NCBI GenBank assembly: GCA_002269645.1
Contig: NIVC01000010.1
Location: forward strand, 1,364,001 to 1,428,000
DNA length: 64,000 nucleotides
From: Macrostomum lignano
Lineage: Eukaryota
Reading direction: 5' to 3'
Both the position numbers and the translations under genes were made by a program. How positions within the stretch are numbered: position 1 is the first letter of the stretch; each line of letters opens with the position of its first letter. Below, in pieces: positions 46,556 through 58,414 of the stretch. The notes beneath the pieces were generated by a model, which was given only the letters and a program-made list of their open reading frames with translations, had not been told where the DNA came from and did no database searches.

Positions 46556-49500
46556 CTAGATGAGCTTCCTGATCATGTACTGCAGTATGCCGCCGTGGCG
46601 ATAGTACTCCAGTTCCACTTCCGTGTCGAACCGGCATTTCCCTTGGAACTCCAGCCCAGAGTCGGTGCTCACCTTCAGCAGGCAGCCGGGCTTCAGGCTG
46701 TCCCCGGCTAGCCCGGACACGCTGATCAGCTCGCGTCCGGTGAGTCCCAGCGACTCGGCCGACTGGCCGGGCAGAAACTGCAGCGGCAGGATGCCCATGC
46801 CGGCCAAGTTGGAGCGGTGGATCCGCTCGTAGCTCTGGGCCAGCACGGCCCGGACTCCCAGCATCCAGGGGCCCTTGGCGGCCCAGTCTCTGGATGAGCC
46901 TGCGATCAATTCACATAAATTTGATGATTAAAATGTCCGCGCGACTGCGGCTTTGGCTTCTTGGCACTGAGGCGCCATGTCTCCTCGACTCAACTCTTTC
47001 TATTGATTCTCTTGCTACCACTGCTTCCCTGCCTTTCCTGACTTCTCTTTGCTTCTCCCTGCTTCTCTCTGCCTCTCACTGCTTCTCTCTGCCTCTCCCT
47101 GCTTCTCTGCCTCTCCCTGCTTCTCTCTGCTTCTCTCTGCCTCTCCCTGCTTCTCTCTGCCTCTCCCTGCTTTTCTCTGTCTCTGCCTACTTCTCCCTGC
47201 CTCTCCCTGCTTCTCTCTGTCTCTGTCTACTTCTCCCTGCCTCTCCCTGCTTCTCTCTACCTCTCCCTGCTGCTCTCTGCCTCTCCCTGCCTCTCTCTGC
47301 TTCTCTCTGCCTCTCCCTGCTTCTCCCTGCCTCTCTGCTTCTCTCTGCCTCTCCCTGCCTCTCTCTGCTGCTCTCTGCTTCTCCCTGCTTCTCTCTGCCT
47401 CTCCCTGCTGCTCTCTGCCTCTCCCTGCTTCTCTCTGCCTCTACCTGCTTCTCTCTGCCTCTCCCTGCTGCTCTCTGCCTCTCCCTGCCTCTCTCTGCTT
47501 CTCTCTGCCTCTGCCTACTTCTCCCTGCTTCTCTCTGCCTCTCCCTGCTTCTCTCTGTCTCTGCCTGCTTCTCTCTGCCTCTCCCTGCTTCTCTCTGTCT
47601 CTGCCTACTTCTCCCTGCCTCTCCCTGCTTCTCTCTGTCTCTGTCTACTTCTCCCTGCCTCTCCCTGCTTCTCTCTACCTCTCCCTGCTGCTCTCTGCCT
47701 CTCCCTGCCTCTCTCTGCTTCTCTCTGCCTCTCCCTGCTTCTCCCTGCCTCTCTGCTTCTCTCTGCCTCTCCCTGCCTCTCTCTGCTGCTCTCTGCTTCT
47801 CCCTGCTTCTCTCTGCCTCTCCCTGCTGCTCTCTGCCTCTCCCTGCTTCTCTCTGCCTCTCCCTGCTTCTCTCGGCCTCTCCCTGCTTCTCTCTGCCTCT
47901 CCCTGCCTCTCCCTGCTTCTCTCTGCCTCTCCCTGCTTTTCTCTGTCTCTGCCTACTTCTCCCTGCCTCTCCCTGCTTCTCTCTGTCTCTGCCTACTTCT
48001 CCCTGCTTCTCTCTGCCTCTCCCTGCTTCTCTCTGTCTCTGCCTGCTTCTCTCTGCCTCTCCCTGCTTCTCTCTGTCTCTGCCTACTTCTCCCTGCCTCT
48101 CCCTGCTTCTCTCTGCCTCTCCCTGCCTCTCTCTGCCTCTCCCTGCTTCTCTCTGTCTCTGCCTACTTCTCCCTGCCTCTCCCTGCTTCTCTCTGCCTCT
48201 CCCTGCTTCTCTCTGCCTCTCCCTGCTTGTCTGCTTCTCCCTGCGTCTTTTCTTAATTAATATGTAAGCCCTTTTCTGGCAGCTAAAAGCAGACCCTACT
48301 CTACTCCAACGGTCGCTGACTCACCCGATCCGTACTCCTTCCCGGCAAGAATCACCACAGGCGTCCCAGTCTGTCGATATCGTTCAGCCGCATCAAAGAT
48401 GCTCATCTCTTCGCCGTTAGGCAGGTGCAGAGTCCTCGGGCCCGGGTTGGCCACCAGTCGGTTAACCAGGCGAATATTGGCGAAGGTGCCGCGGGCCATG
48501 ATTTGATCGTTGCCGCGGCGAGAGCCGTAGGAGTTGAACTGGGCAGGCTGGATACCGCGGCTGGTGAGGTACTGAGCCGCCGGGCTGTTTCTGGCAATGT
48601 TGCCAGCCGGGCTGATGTGATCGGTGGTCACCGAGTCGCCTGCATGGGGGTAATTGACAGTTGCTTAATACTAAATATACATGTACCTGTAGCAGGGGAG
48701 TGTGGAGCCATTGACTGTGACTGACTGACTGACTGACTGACTGACTGACTGACTGACTGACTGACTGACTGACTGACTGACTGACTGACTGACTGACTGA
48801 CTGACTGACTGACTGACTGACTGACTGACTGACTGACTGACTGACTGACTGACTGACTGACTGACTAGCTAACTAACTAACTAACTAACTAGCTAACTTA
48901 CTGGCTAACTAACTAACTAGTTTCGTAGTTTTGTTTGTTATGTGTAGCATTTTTTCATAAAAAACAAAGTCCATTAACTTGTACGAACCTCTGCGCACAA
49001 AAACCAGCCCCCGCCTTCACATTAACGAAATTATGAAGAACTGAATCACATGTAAATGCCTTTAAAAACAGGTAGCTATTGGATTTTTAACGTTTTGTCC
49101 ACGAACATAAAATCAGTGCTTCCAGCTTGCATTATAAGTGGTTTTCAAAATTTGCAATAAAAAAGCACGAAAAGGCTCAAGTCGAATATTTGCTGCTATT
49201 TATAAATTTAATATTGCCACCATTATGCCTTATTACACATGCCTTCAAGCAAACTAATGGAATTGATTTTGCCTAGGAAATTAATAAATATTGATACGAG
49301 ACAACTCGATTCATTGCAGACGCGCACTGTCAACAGAGTGTCATTAAAAATCGCCCATTGGCAGGTTCCGAAGCATAGCCAACAGGTTGGCATGGCAACC
49401 GAGCACCACATCCGGTCGCGGATCCCACAGCAGCCAGAGAACGGCACCGTGCAAAGACTCCAGGCAGTTGTCTCGAACTGCCGACTTGGACACGGGCGGC

Positions 49501-52500
49501 TCCGTCGACTCCAGGGCGCCGGCAACAAACTCGCCAGCGAATGAGTCGTAGAACCGGTCAATCAGCTGCTCAAAGCTCCGGCCAGCGTCCGTGAGCACCC
49601 GAGAGTCGGCGCTGGTCAGCAACAGAGTGCCGAAGTCGCGGCCCAGCTTGCCGAAACCGCAAAACTGCCAGTCTATAATGCGCGCTTCGTGAAGCGCTGT
49701 CGGAGTGATGAGCTTGAAACCGCAAAACTATGCGCGCTTCGTAAGCGCTGTCGGGTGATGATGATGAAGGGCGCAGCATCAGGTTTGGGTACCAGAGGTC
49801 GCCGTGAACTAGGCCCAAGCTCGGCCAGTCAGTCAAGTCGGCAAGCAGTTTTGTCTCGCAGATCTGCATAAATCCATCCTTCTCTTTGTTTAAATAGGCA
49901 CTTAACAATTCAAGATCAGCTTCGGAGACGCTCGGCAACTTTTTCAGTTCGTCGAGCAGTTTTGGCACGTTGCCAACAATAGTGGACATCTCTAGGCCGG
50001 ACTCGGTGAGCGGATTGGCAAATGGGGTGCCGCCTCCAGCGAACACGTGCTTGTCAAGCTCGAAGTTCAACTGCTGACGGGCCAACCAATAGGCCGCTTG
50101 TAGACGGCCGAAGCCTTCAACTACAGCGGAGAGCTGCTCCACTGACAGAGTGGCGCTGGCCGGTGAAAAGCCCTGAGCTAGCAGATCGTCCATCAGCAAT
50201 AAAGTGCCGCTGTTGCTGACGCAGTGCAGGTGACACCGCGGCACAGCTAGGCACAGTCTGCTGCCATTCACCACTCGCTGCAGCACAGGCAGCAAGAAGC
50301 CATAAAAAGTGCACTCCTGTTTACTGACAGCGTAGCTCATCTCTTGATAGTATCGCTCCATATCGCTCCTACTAGTGCTGGTGTACTTAGCGTACAGCTT
50401 CAGCGATTCCTCATTCTTGCTATCGTTCCGTTTATCAACGGTGACCCTGCGTCGGTAGCTAAGTTGGCCATCAACTCCGAAAGTCTCCACTCCGAGGCTG
50501 ATAGCAGCCTGTTTGAGGTCAAGAGATTTCGATATGCACGCTTCTAACCAGCTATCTGCCTCGGATTTCATTGATGCACTTTTAAATTTTATTTGGCGTT
50601 AAGATAACTGGATGTCGCTTCAGATTTAGAAGCACGACGAGCGATCCTTGCTCCTTGTCCTTTTGGATTGTTGTGTGTGGCTCCGTCTCTTCTTTCTGCT
50701 TAGCTATCTAAATTTTCAATGCCTTCCCTTATAGAGAAATGTACACGCAACAGAATGTACATTGCTAGAGAGCGTACATTGGACCTGGAAATTTCCATTC
50801 CTAACTTGCCCCGGGGGTTACAGAAGTTTTAGTCTAGAGTGTACATTCAGTTCTAGTGTGCGTGTGTGTACGCAAGTTCTCGTTTTGAGCGCCACACATT
50901 GGTTTCTTTCGATTTTAAATGCCGTCAACTATTATAAGAAAACAAGGGGGTAATTTTTCTTATCTTATCTTTTATCTATCAAGATTCACTATAGCATAAT
51001 AAAATTAACTGGACTATTTAAGACAAGTAAAGGCATATATAGCTACGAGTATTTGTGTAGTTGTATTAGTATAAGATGATAAAGCCGCTATAGCACTGGC
51101 CTTTCCTATTGGTCAAACAAAATGTGTTAAATTTTTGTTAAAGTTTTAACAAAATCGTCAAACAAAAATTACTTAAGTTTCGAGGAAAATCTTTCGGGAA
51201 AAATATCATGTCATAAAGGAGTAAAATATCATATAATGTACTGTGGACATCACATTTTGGAGTTACCGAGCCTCAACAAAGACCTACTCCAATTTGAAAG
51301 AAAACCATTGTCATTTAGTTGTGGCAACAGGGTAACAGGATAGAGGTCTACCAACCGAGGTTTCATATTTCAGGGGGTTGTGGGCCGGGGTTGTTCCAAA
51401 ACCCGAATTTTCACAATGCGGAAGACACTGGAGAGGTAGGAGACTTCTCAAATCCGAAATTTCACAACGTCGAAATATCTCCTATCTCTCCAGTGTATTT
51501 CGACATTGTGATACTTCGGGTTTGTACACTCTGTGCTATGGGGGTTGGCCTCAATGGGTGTGAATGGCACCGCACGGCAACCCATAGGTCGAGAGTCAGG
51601 CGCGCTTGCTTTACTGCCTAGCTGGTTCTTATCTCGGATCTCGAACTCACCCAAATTCAGCAGCACCCGGGCATCCTTGATGTCTTGAACAGGCGGGAGC
51701 TCCCTAGTCATGCCAGAAAAGAATGGCGGGCTCCTGATGTAGGTAGACGCCTCATCCCACGGGTACAGATCGCAACTGGGCGTCTCCAAGGCGTTCCACC
51801 GCGGAGTGCCGTCGGCAATTTTATTGTAGACTTCTTTAAACATTGACGGCAACAGGTAGCGACGCTCCAATTCGTCCACTTCGTCTCGACTAGGCCAGAT
51901 ATCGCGAAGGTAGACATCCTCGCCTTTGGCGTTTTTACCGAGTGGCTAGAAGTCAATGAGTAGTTTGTTACACTCAAACGACTGGCATTCTACGAGATGA
52001 CTACAATGACTGGCAAATTCAGTCAAAGTACCCAGCTCAGTTTTATACCTGACAAATCATCGTGTATAACTATACTCTCTCACCTGAGTAGCAAAGTCAA
52101 TTCGCACAGTGCCAGCCAGAGCGTATGCAATCACTAGCGGTGGGCTGGCCAGGTAATTGGCTCTGGTCAGCGGGTGGATTCGGCCTTCGAAGTTGCGATT
52201 TCCAGACAGAACTCCGGCCACAACCAAATCAGCTGATTCGATGGCCTCTCCAACGCTCGAGTCCAGTTGTCCGCTGTTGCCGATGCAGGTCATGCAGCCG
52301 AATCCCACGATGGAGAATCCCAGCTTCTCCAGATATGGCGTCAGGCCGCTTCGCTCCAGATAGAAAGTGACAACGCCGGACCCGGGTGACAGGCTGGTCT
52401 TGCAGAACGGTTTCACCGCGAGCCCGGCCTCTACAGCCTTCTTAGCTAGCAGTCCGGCGCCTAGCATCACAGATGGATTGCTGGTGTTGGTGCACGACGT

Positions 52501-55500
52501 GATCGCCGCGATGACCACGTCTCCGTGAGTCAATGAGTATTCCGTTCCGTCGAATTGGAACCTGGCGCTGCCACTGACTCGCTCAGCTGACAGACCGTAG
52601 CCGCTGAAGCCGACTTTGGCGGTCAGGGCGGATTCGAATGCCGACTTCATGTCCGACACGGCAACTTTGTCGTGCGGCCGCTTTGGACCGGCCAGACAGG
52701 GGACCACCTGGCCTAAGTCGAGCTCAACCACCTGGCTGAATTGGGGATCCTGCGTTGAGGTCGGCAATTGTTGTAAAATAGTGATTAATAAGTATAATAA
52801 CTGAGCTTTTAAACGATGATTTCAAACTAGCTGTCATTAGCGTATGGTTAACCATGAAGGGGATTTAAACTCTGTAATGACCATGAAGACAGATGGTTTA
52901 AACTCTGCAATGACAATGAAGACAGAGGATTTAAACTCTGTAATGACCATGAAGACAGATGGTTTAAACTCTGCAATGACAATGAAGACAGAGGATTTAA
53001 ACTCTGTAATGACCATGAAGACAGATGGTTTAAACTCTGCAATGACCATGAAGACAGAGGGTTTAAACTCTGTAATGACCATGAAGACAGATGGTTTAAA
53101 CTCTGCAATGACCATGAAGACAGAGGGTTTAAATTCTGCATTGACCATGAAGACAGATGGTTTAAACTCTGTAATGACCATGAAGACAGAGGGTTTAAAT
53201 TCTGCATTGACCATGAAGACAGATGGTTTAAACTCTGTAATGACCATGAAGACAGAGGGTTTAAACTCTGTAATGACCATGAAGACAGATGGTTTAAACT
53301 CTGCAATGACCATGAAGACAGAGGGTTTAAATTCTGCATTGACCATGAAGACAGATGGTTTAAACTCTGTAATGACCATGAAGACAGAGGGTTTAAACTG
53401 CAATGACCATGAAGACAGAGGGTTTAAATTCTGCATTAACCATGAAGACAGATGGTTCAAACTCTGCAATGACCATGAAGACAGAGGATTTAAACTGCAA
53501 TGACCATGAAGACAGAGGGTTTAAACTCTGTAATGACCATGAAGACAGAGGATTTAAACTCTGTAATGACCATGAAGACAGAGGGTTTAAATTCTGCATT
53601 AACCATGAAGACAGATGGTTCAAACTCTGCAATGACCATGAAGACAGAGGATTTAAACTGCAATGACCATGAAGACAGAGGGTTTAAACTCTGTAATGAC
53701 CATGAAGACAGAGGATTTAAACTCTGTAATGACCATGAAGACAGAGTATTTAAACTCTACAATGACCATGAAGACAGAGAGGGTTTAAACTGCATTGACC
53801 ATGAAGACAGGGGGTTTTAAATACAATGACCATGAAGACAGGGGGTTTAAACTGCAATGACCATGAAGACAGAGGGTTTTAACTACAATGACCATGAAGA
53901 CGATAAGAAACTCTATAAAGTGACCTTGAAAATATTAAGCTTTCTTCTCTTGCAAGAAATCTAAGCAGTCGACTCAAGAATCTAATCGAAAATCTTAATC
54001 ACTCCTAACCCACCTACCTGTTACCTACCTGTTCAGCATCCGCATAGTTCCTAAACAGATGATTAGCGCGCAGGTAAGCTTCAACCAGCGCCAGAGTCTC
54101 CTCGCTCCGGCCGGTCTGTCGCAGGTAGGCCAACGAGGCTCCATCAACTGGGAAGAAGCCGCAGGTGGCGCCATACTCCGGGCACATGTTGGCGATGGTA
54201 GCCCGGTCAGCGATGCCAAGGCTGCCCGTGCCAGGGCCAAAAAATTCGACAAATTTTCCTACGACGTTTAGACGGCGAAGATGGCTGGTGATGGTCAGTA
54301 CCAGGTCAGTTGAGGTGGCCAAAGACGACAAGGTGCCGGTGAGTCTGGAGTTCAGTTTCGAATTTGTTATTTGGCTATTATGTAATACTTTGCACGGATC
54401 TTGAAGCTAACTCACCTGGATTGCCAGGATCCCTCAACTGGATTTCCAGGATCCCTCAACTGGATTTCCAGGATACCTCACCTGGATTCCCAGCATACCT
54501 CACCTGGATTCCCAGCATACCTCACCTGGATTTCCAGGATAAAAATTCACCCGGATTCTAATTCACCTGAATTCTACTTCAATTGGATTCCAATTCACCT
54601 GGATTCCAATTCACCTGGATTCCAATTCACCTGGATTCCAATTCACCTGGGTTCTAATTCACTTGGATTCCAATTCACCTGGATTCTAATTCACTTGGAT
54701 TCCAATTCACCTGGATTCCAATTCACCTCGATTCTAATTCACCTGGATTTCAATTCACCTGGATTCCAATTCACCTGGATTCCAATTCACTTGGATTCCA
54801 ATTCACCTGGGTTCTAATTCACCTGGATTTCAATTCACCTGGATTCTAATTGACTTGGATTCTTAGAGAATTGGCAGCTTGGAGAATTTCTTGCCTACTT
54901 CTTAAGAGGCAATTAACGTTAACTACTTAATTAAGTAGTTAATTACGCTTGCTCACTTGTATCCAACAACCTCCGGCAGTAGCAGCGACATGGACTGTCC
55001 CAGCATGCAGGCCTCAGCCTCGATACCGCCAACTCCCCATCCCAGCACGCCGAGACCATTAATCATGGTCGTGTGCGAGTCAGTGCCCACCAACGAATCC
55101 GGGAACAGAACCGATTGGTCGGTGAAAACCAGGCGAGCCAGGTACTCCAGATTGATCTGGTGCACAATGCCGCATCCGGGAGGTACAATTAGCAAATTGC
55201 GAAAAGCTTTGGAGCCCCATTTCAAGAAACGGAAGCGCTCCTGATTGCGCTCAAACTCCAGGGCCTGGTTGCGCTCCAGAGCTTCCGTGGTTCGGTTGAA
55301 ATCAACCTGCGGAATTGAAAGACAATACTATTAGACTTAGTTAAAGTAAATTTCTTGTCAGCTTACTACTGTCCTTTCAGTTCTCACTCATCAATTATTT
55401 CGTGTTTTTATCGCTCCAGCTCTCTCTCCTTTATCGATTATTTCGTGTTTTTATTGCTCCAGCTCTCTCTAGTATCGATTATTTCATGTTTTTATTGCTC

Positions 55501-57674
55501 CAGCTCTCTCTCTTACCGATTATTTCGTGTTTTTATCGCTCCAGCTCTCTCTCCTTTATCGATTATTTCGTGTTTTTATTGCTCCAGCTCTCTCTAGTAT
55601 CGATTATTTCATGTTTTTATTGCTCCAGCTCTCTCTCTTACCGATTATTTCGTGTTTTTATCGCTCCAGCTGTCTCTCTCCTTTATCGATTATTTCGTGT
55701 TTTTATCGCTCCAGCTCTCTCTCCTTTATCGATTATTTCGTGTTTTTATTGCTCCAGCTCTCTCTAGTATCGATTATTTCATGTTTTTATTGCTCCAGCT
55801 CTCTCTCTTACCGATTATTTCGTGTTTTTATCGCTCCAGCTCTCTCTCTTACCGATTATTTCGTGTTTTTATCGCTCCAGCTCTCTCTCTCCTTTATCGA
55901 TTATTTCGTGTTTTTATTGCTCCAGCTCTCTCTAGTATCGATTATTTCATGTTTTTATTGCTCCAGCTCTCTCTCTTACCGATTATTTCGTGTTTTTATT
56001 GCTCCAGCTCTCTCTCCTTTATCGATTATTTCGTGTTTTTATCGCTCCAGCTCTCTCTCCTTTATCGATTATTTCGTGTTTTTATTGCTCCAGCTCTCTC
56101 TAGTATCGATTATTTCATGTTTTTATTGCTCCAGCTCTCTCTCTTACCGATTATTTCGTGTTTTTATCGCTCCAGCTCTCTCTCCTTTATCGATTATTTC
56201 GTGTTTTTATTGCTCCAGCTCTCTCTCTTACCGATTATTTCGTGTTTTTATCGCTCCAGCTCTCTCTGGTGTCATTATTTCGTGTTTTTTGCTCTAGCTC
56301 TCCCTCTTATCGATTATTTCGTCTTTTTATTACTTCAGCTCTCTTACCGATTATTTTTGTTTTTTATTGCTTCAGCTGTCTCTCTTATAGATCATTGATT
56401 GTTTTTTTATCGCTCCAACTCTCTCTATTATCGATTATTTAGTGTTTTTATCGCTCCAGCTCTCTCTCTTATCGATTATTTATTGTTTCTTATCGCCCCC
56501 AGTTGACTGTTTTATCTATTATTTCGTGTTTCATCGCAGAAGCTCTCTTCTTTCATCTTCTAATTCGTGTTTTTATTTCTAATCTATAACTCATTTTCCT
56601 GTTTCACCGTACCTGAATAGAATGGTCGATAACCAAGTCAGCTGGGCATTGCGGATTAATCTTTTGCGGATCGCCGCCAAGCGATTTTACGGCGTCGCGC
56701 ATCGCGGCGAAATCGACAACAGCCGGCACTCCGGTAAAGTCCTGCAGCAGCACTCTGGCCGGCTTGAAGGGCACCTCCACAGCATCGGCCGCGGCTGGCG
56801 ACCAGGAGGCCACCTTTTCTACGTCTGCCTGCGTCACCTGTAGTGATAAATAAATGTATTTAGACTACGTGAGTAATTTCTCGCGAAAAAGAAAGATTCT
56901 TTTTCGTCTTTTTTTTCTAAATGAAAGCCGAAATGGCGCCGAAATGGAAGCTGAGAGCGCCCAAATGAAAGCTGAGAGCGCCAAAATGAAAGCCGAGAGC
57001 GCCAAAATGAAAGCTGAGAGCGCCAAAATGAAAGCTGAGAGCGCCAAAATGAAAGCCGAGGGCGCCCAAATGAAAGCTGAGAGCGCCAAAATGAAAGCCG
57101 AGAGCGCCAAAATGAAAGCTGAGAGCGCCAAAATGAAAGCTGAGAGCGCCAAAATGAAAGCCGAGGGCGCCAAAATGAAAGCTAAGAGCGCCAAAATGAA
57201 AGCTGAGAGCGCCCAAATGAAAGCTAAGAGCGCCAAACTGAAAGCTGAGAGCGCCAAAATGAAAGCCGAGGGCGCCAAAATGAAAGCCGAAATTAGGTTT
57301 AACTGAGTTTTTAAATCTTTCCTCCTGCACTCATGTTCTGCACCAAGCAAAACAATCAAACAAGGATAGGCCTAGCCGTGTGCGGGTTAAACTTCTCACT
57401 TTTCCGTCCTTAACTTTCCACACCTGGCTTTAAATTTGTCCCGAGCTATCATCCCAGAGATCTGGGACAACGTGATGAAAATAAAACATTTTGAAATTCG
57501 CTTCCCGGGGTATAGGTGAGTTGTTCTCACCTGGAAGCCATCGCAATTGCGAGCAGCACTCTCCAACAGAACTCGAATAGAGAATGGCAGTCGTTTTAGT
57601 CGATCCTCGCCAATCTGCCCAATGTCGTGGTAAGTATAGGTCTTACCGCCGTGTTGTAGCGTTGCCTTGTACAT
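46556..57674 (-). CDS. ACO1: Cytoplasmic aconitate hydratase / iron regulatory protein 1, ~884 aa; exons 57674-57531, 56837-56613, 55306-54957, 54344-54029, 52749-52084, 51945-51651, 48639-48325, 46899-46556
   Basis: Eight GT-AG exons with matching phases (2655 nt). Motifs [69 protein letters not shown] (three Fe-S cysteines), [32 protein letters not shown] and YYRHGGIL. Confidence 0.97.
47005..48245. repeat. ~20-bp polypyrimidine(+)/polypurine(-) minisatellite in ACO1 intron 7 (ctctctgcctctccctgctt)
   Basis: Tandem units are visible. Confidence 0.95.
48718..48920. repeat. (GACT)n microsatellite followed by (AACT)n
   Basis: Directly visible. Confidence 0.97.
49344..50571 (-). pseudogene. 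Ecdysteroid-kinase-like (EcKL/CHK/APH superfamily) intronless gene nested in ACO1 intron 6, frameshifted by a 52-bp imperfect duplication (pseudogene or assembly error)
   Basis: LYAK, ECTFY, AVPRC, LLMDDL and HGDLWYPN (Brenner motif) lie in ORF 50571-49570. The second motif IIDWQF and the C-terminus lie in another frame after the duplication at about 49679-49730. Confidence 0.8.
51399..51523. repeat. ~45-bp imperfect inverted repeat (hairpin/MITE-like) in ACO1 intron 6
   Basis: aaacccgaattttcacaatgcggaagacactggagaggtaggaga (51399-51443) pairs with 51478-51523, and the spacer holds a partial third copy. Confidence 0.75.
52838..53902. repeat. 33/31-bp minisatellite in ACO1 intron 4 (aatgaccatgaagacagagggtttaaactctgt)
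   Basis: Tandem units are visible. Confidence 0.95.
54410..54862. repeat. 16-bp (plus ~22-bp variant) minisatellite in ACO1 intron 3 (aattcacctggattcc)
   Basis: Tandem units are visible. Confidence 0.9.
55385..56520. repeat. ~34-36-bp minisatellite in ACO1 intron 2 (atcgattatttcgtgtttttatcgctccagctctctc)
   Basis: Tandem units with three alternating variants. Confidence 0.95.
56935..57288. repeat. 21-bp minisatellite in ACO1 intron 1 (gctgagagcgccaaaatgaaa)
   Basis: Tandem units are visible. Confidence 0.95.
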
Positions 57675-58414
57675 TTCAAGTCTTTGGGGTTTAAAACTTC
57701 GTTAATCTGTACTGGGGTGACAATTTGCGAATGAGAATAAACAGTGCAAACAGTTTGCTTTAGCGATTCTAACTTTAAACAGTGTGGCAATTTAGTAAAT
57801 TTTGGGTTTATCTAATATCCAATAAGATTTGCGCGCATTTTAAGCAAGTAGAGAGAGAGACTAAGTCCTTAAGAGATATGAAATGGAATTAGGAAATTTC
57901 CACGCGCTGAGCTAAGTACGGATTGGTCAAAGTACAGTTAGTCTCATTTATGCAGAACACGAGACATTTCAGTCTCCTTCCTTCGCGCACGGTTGGAAAG
58001 AAATTTCAAGAGTAATGTACATTCATCATGTACATTCATTCTTCACTGTGTTCTTAACTTTTTTCCAAACCCTTCTTGGCCTTGGGGGCCCCATATAGAT
58101 TCTCTCATCTAAAGTCTTCCATTGGAGGGTAGTTCTATTTATAGAATCGTTGGAAATTGCCCCACGGTGTGGCCTGTTTGCCCGCCATTAAGGGGGGGAC
58201 TGACTCACTCAGTTCGTATGCTTGCTTTAAAATGTGTATATGTACATTCACAATTTCAGACCCAGTTTTTACTATCCGTCAACCCTCAACTTCTTTCCCT
58301 TCAAATGACAGAGAAGCGAAATAGCCATAGTCACTCTGAACTCCACAGTCTCGCTAGCTTTCCCAGCTTAGCGTCTTGCCAGATTTTGCCTGTTGTTCTG
58401 CAATCCGCACCAAA

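Noticed and set aside
5629-57359. Long low-complexity ORFs at 5629-6576, 19814-20856, 22848-24164, 46894-48267, 52844-53503, 55527-56398 and 56854-57359 (KMKAESA repeat)
   Set aside because: All coincide with intronic minisatellites, are open in several frames and have no unique coding flanks.
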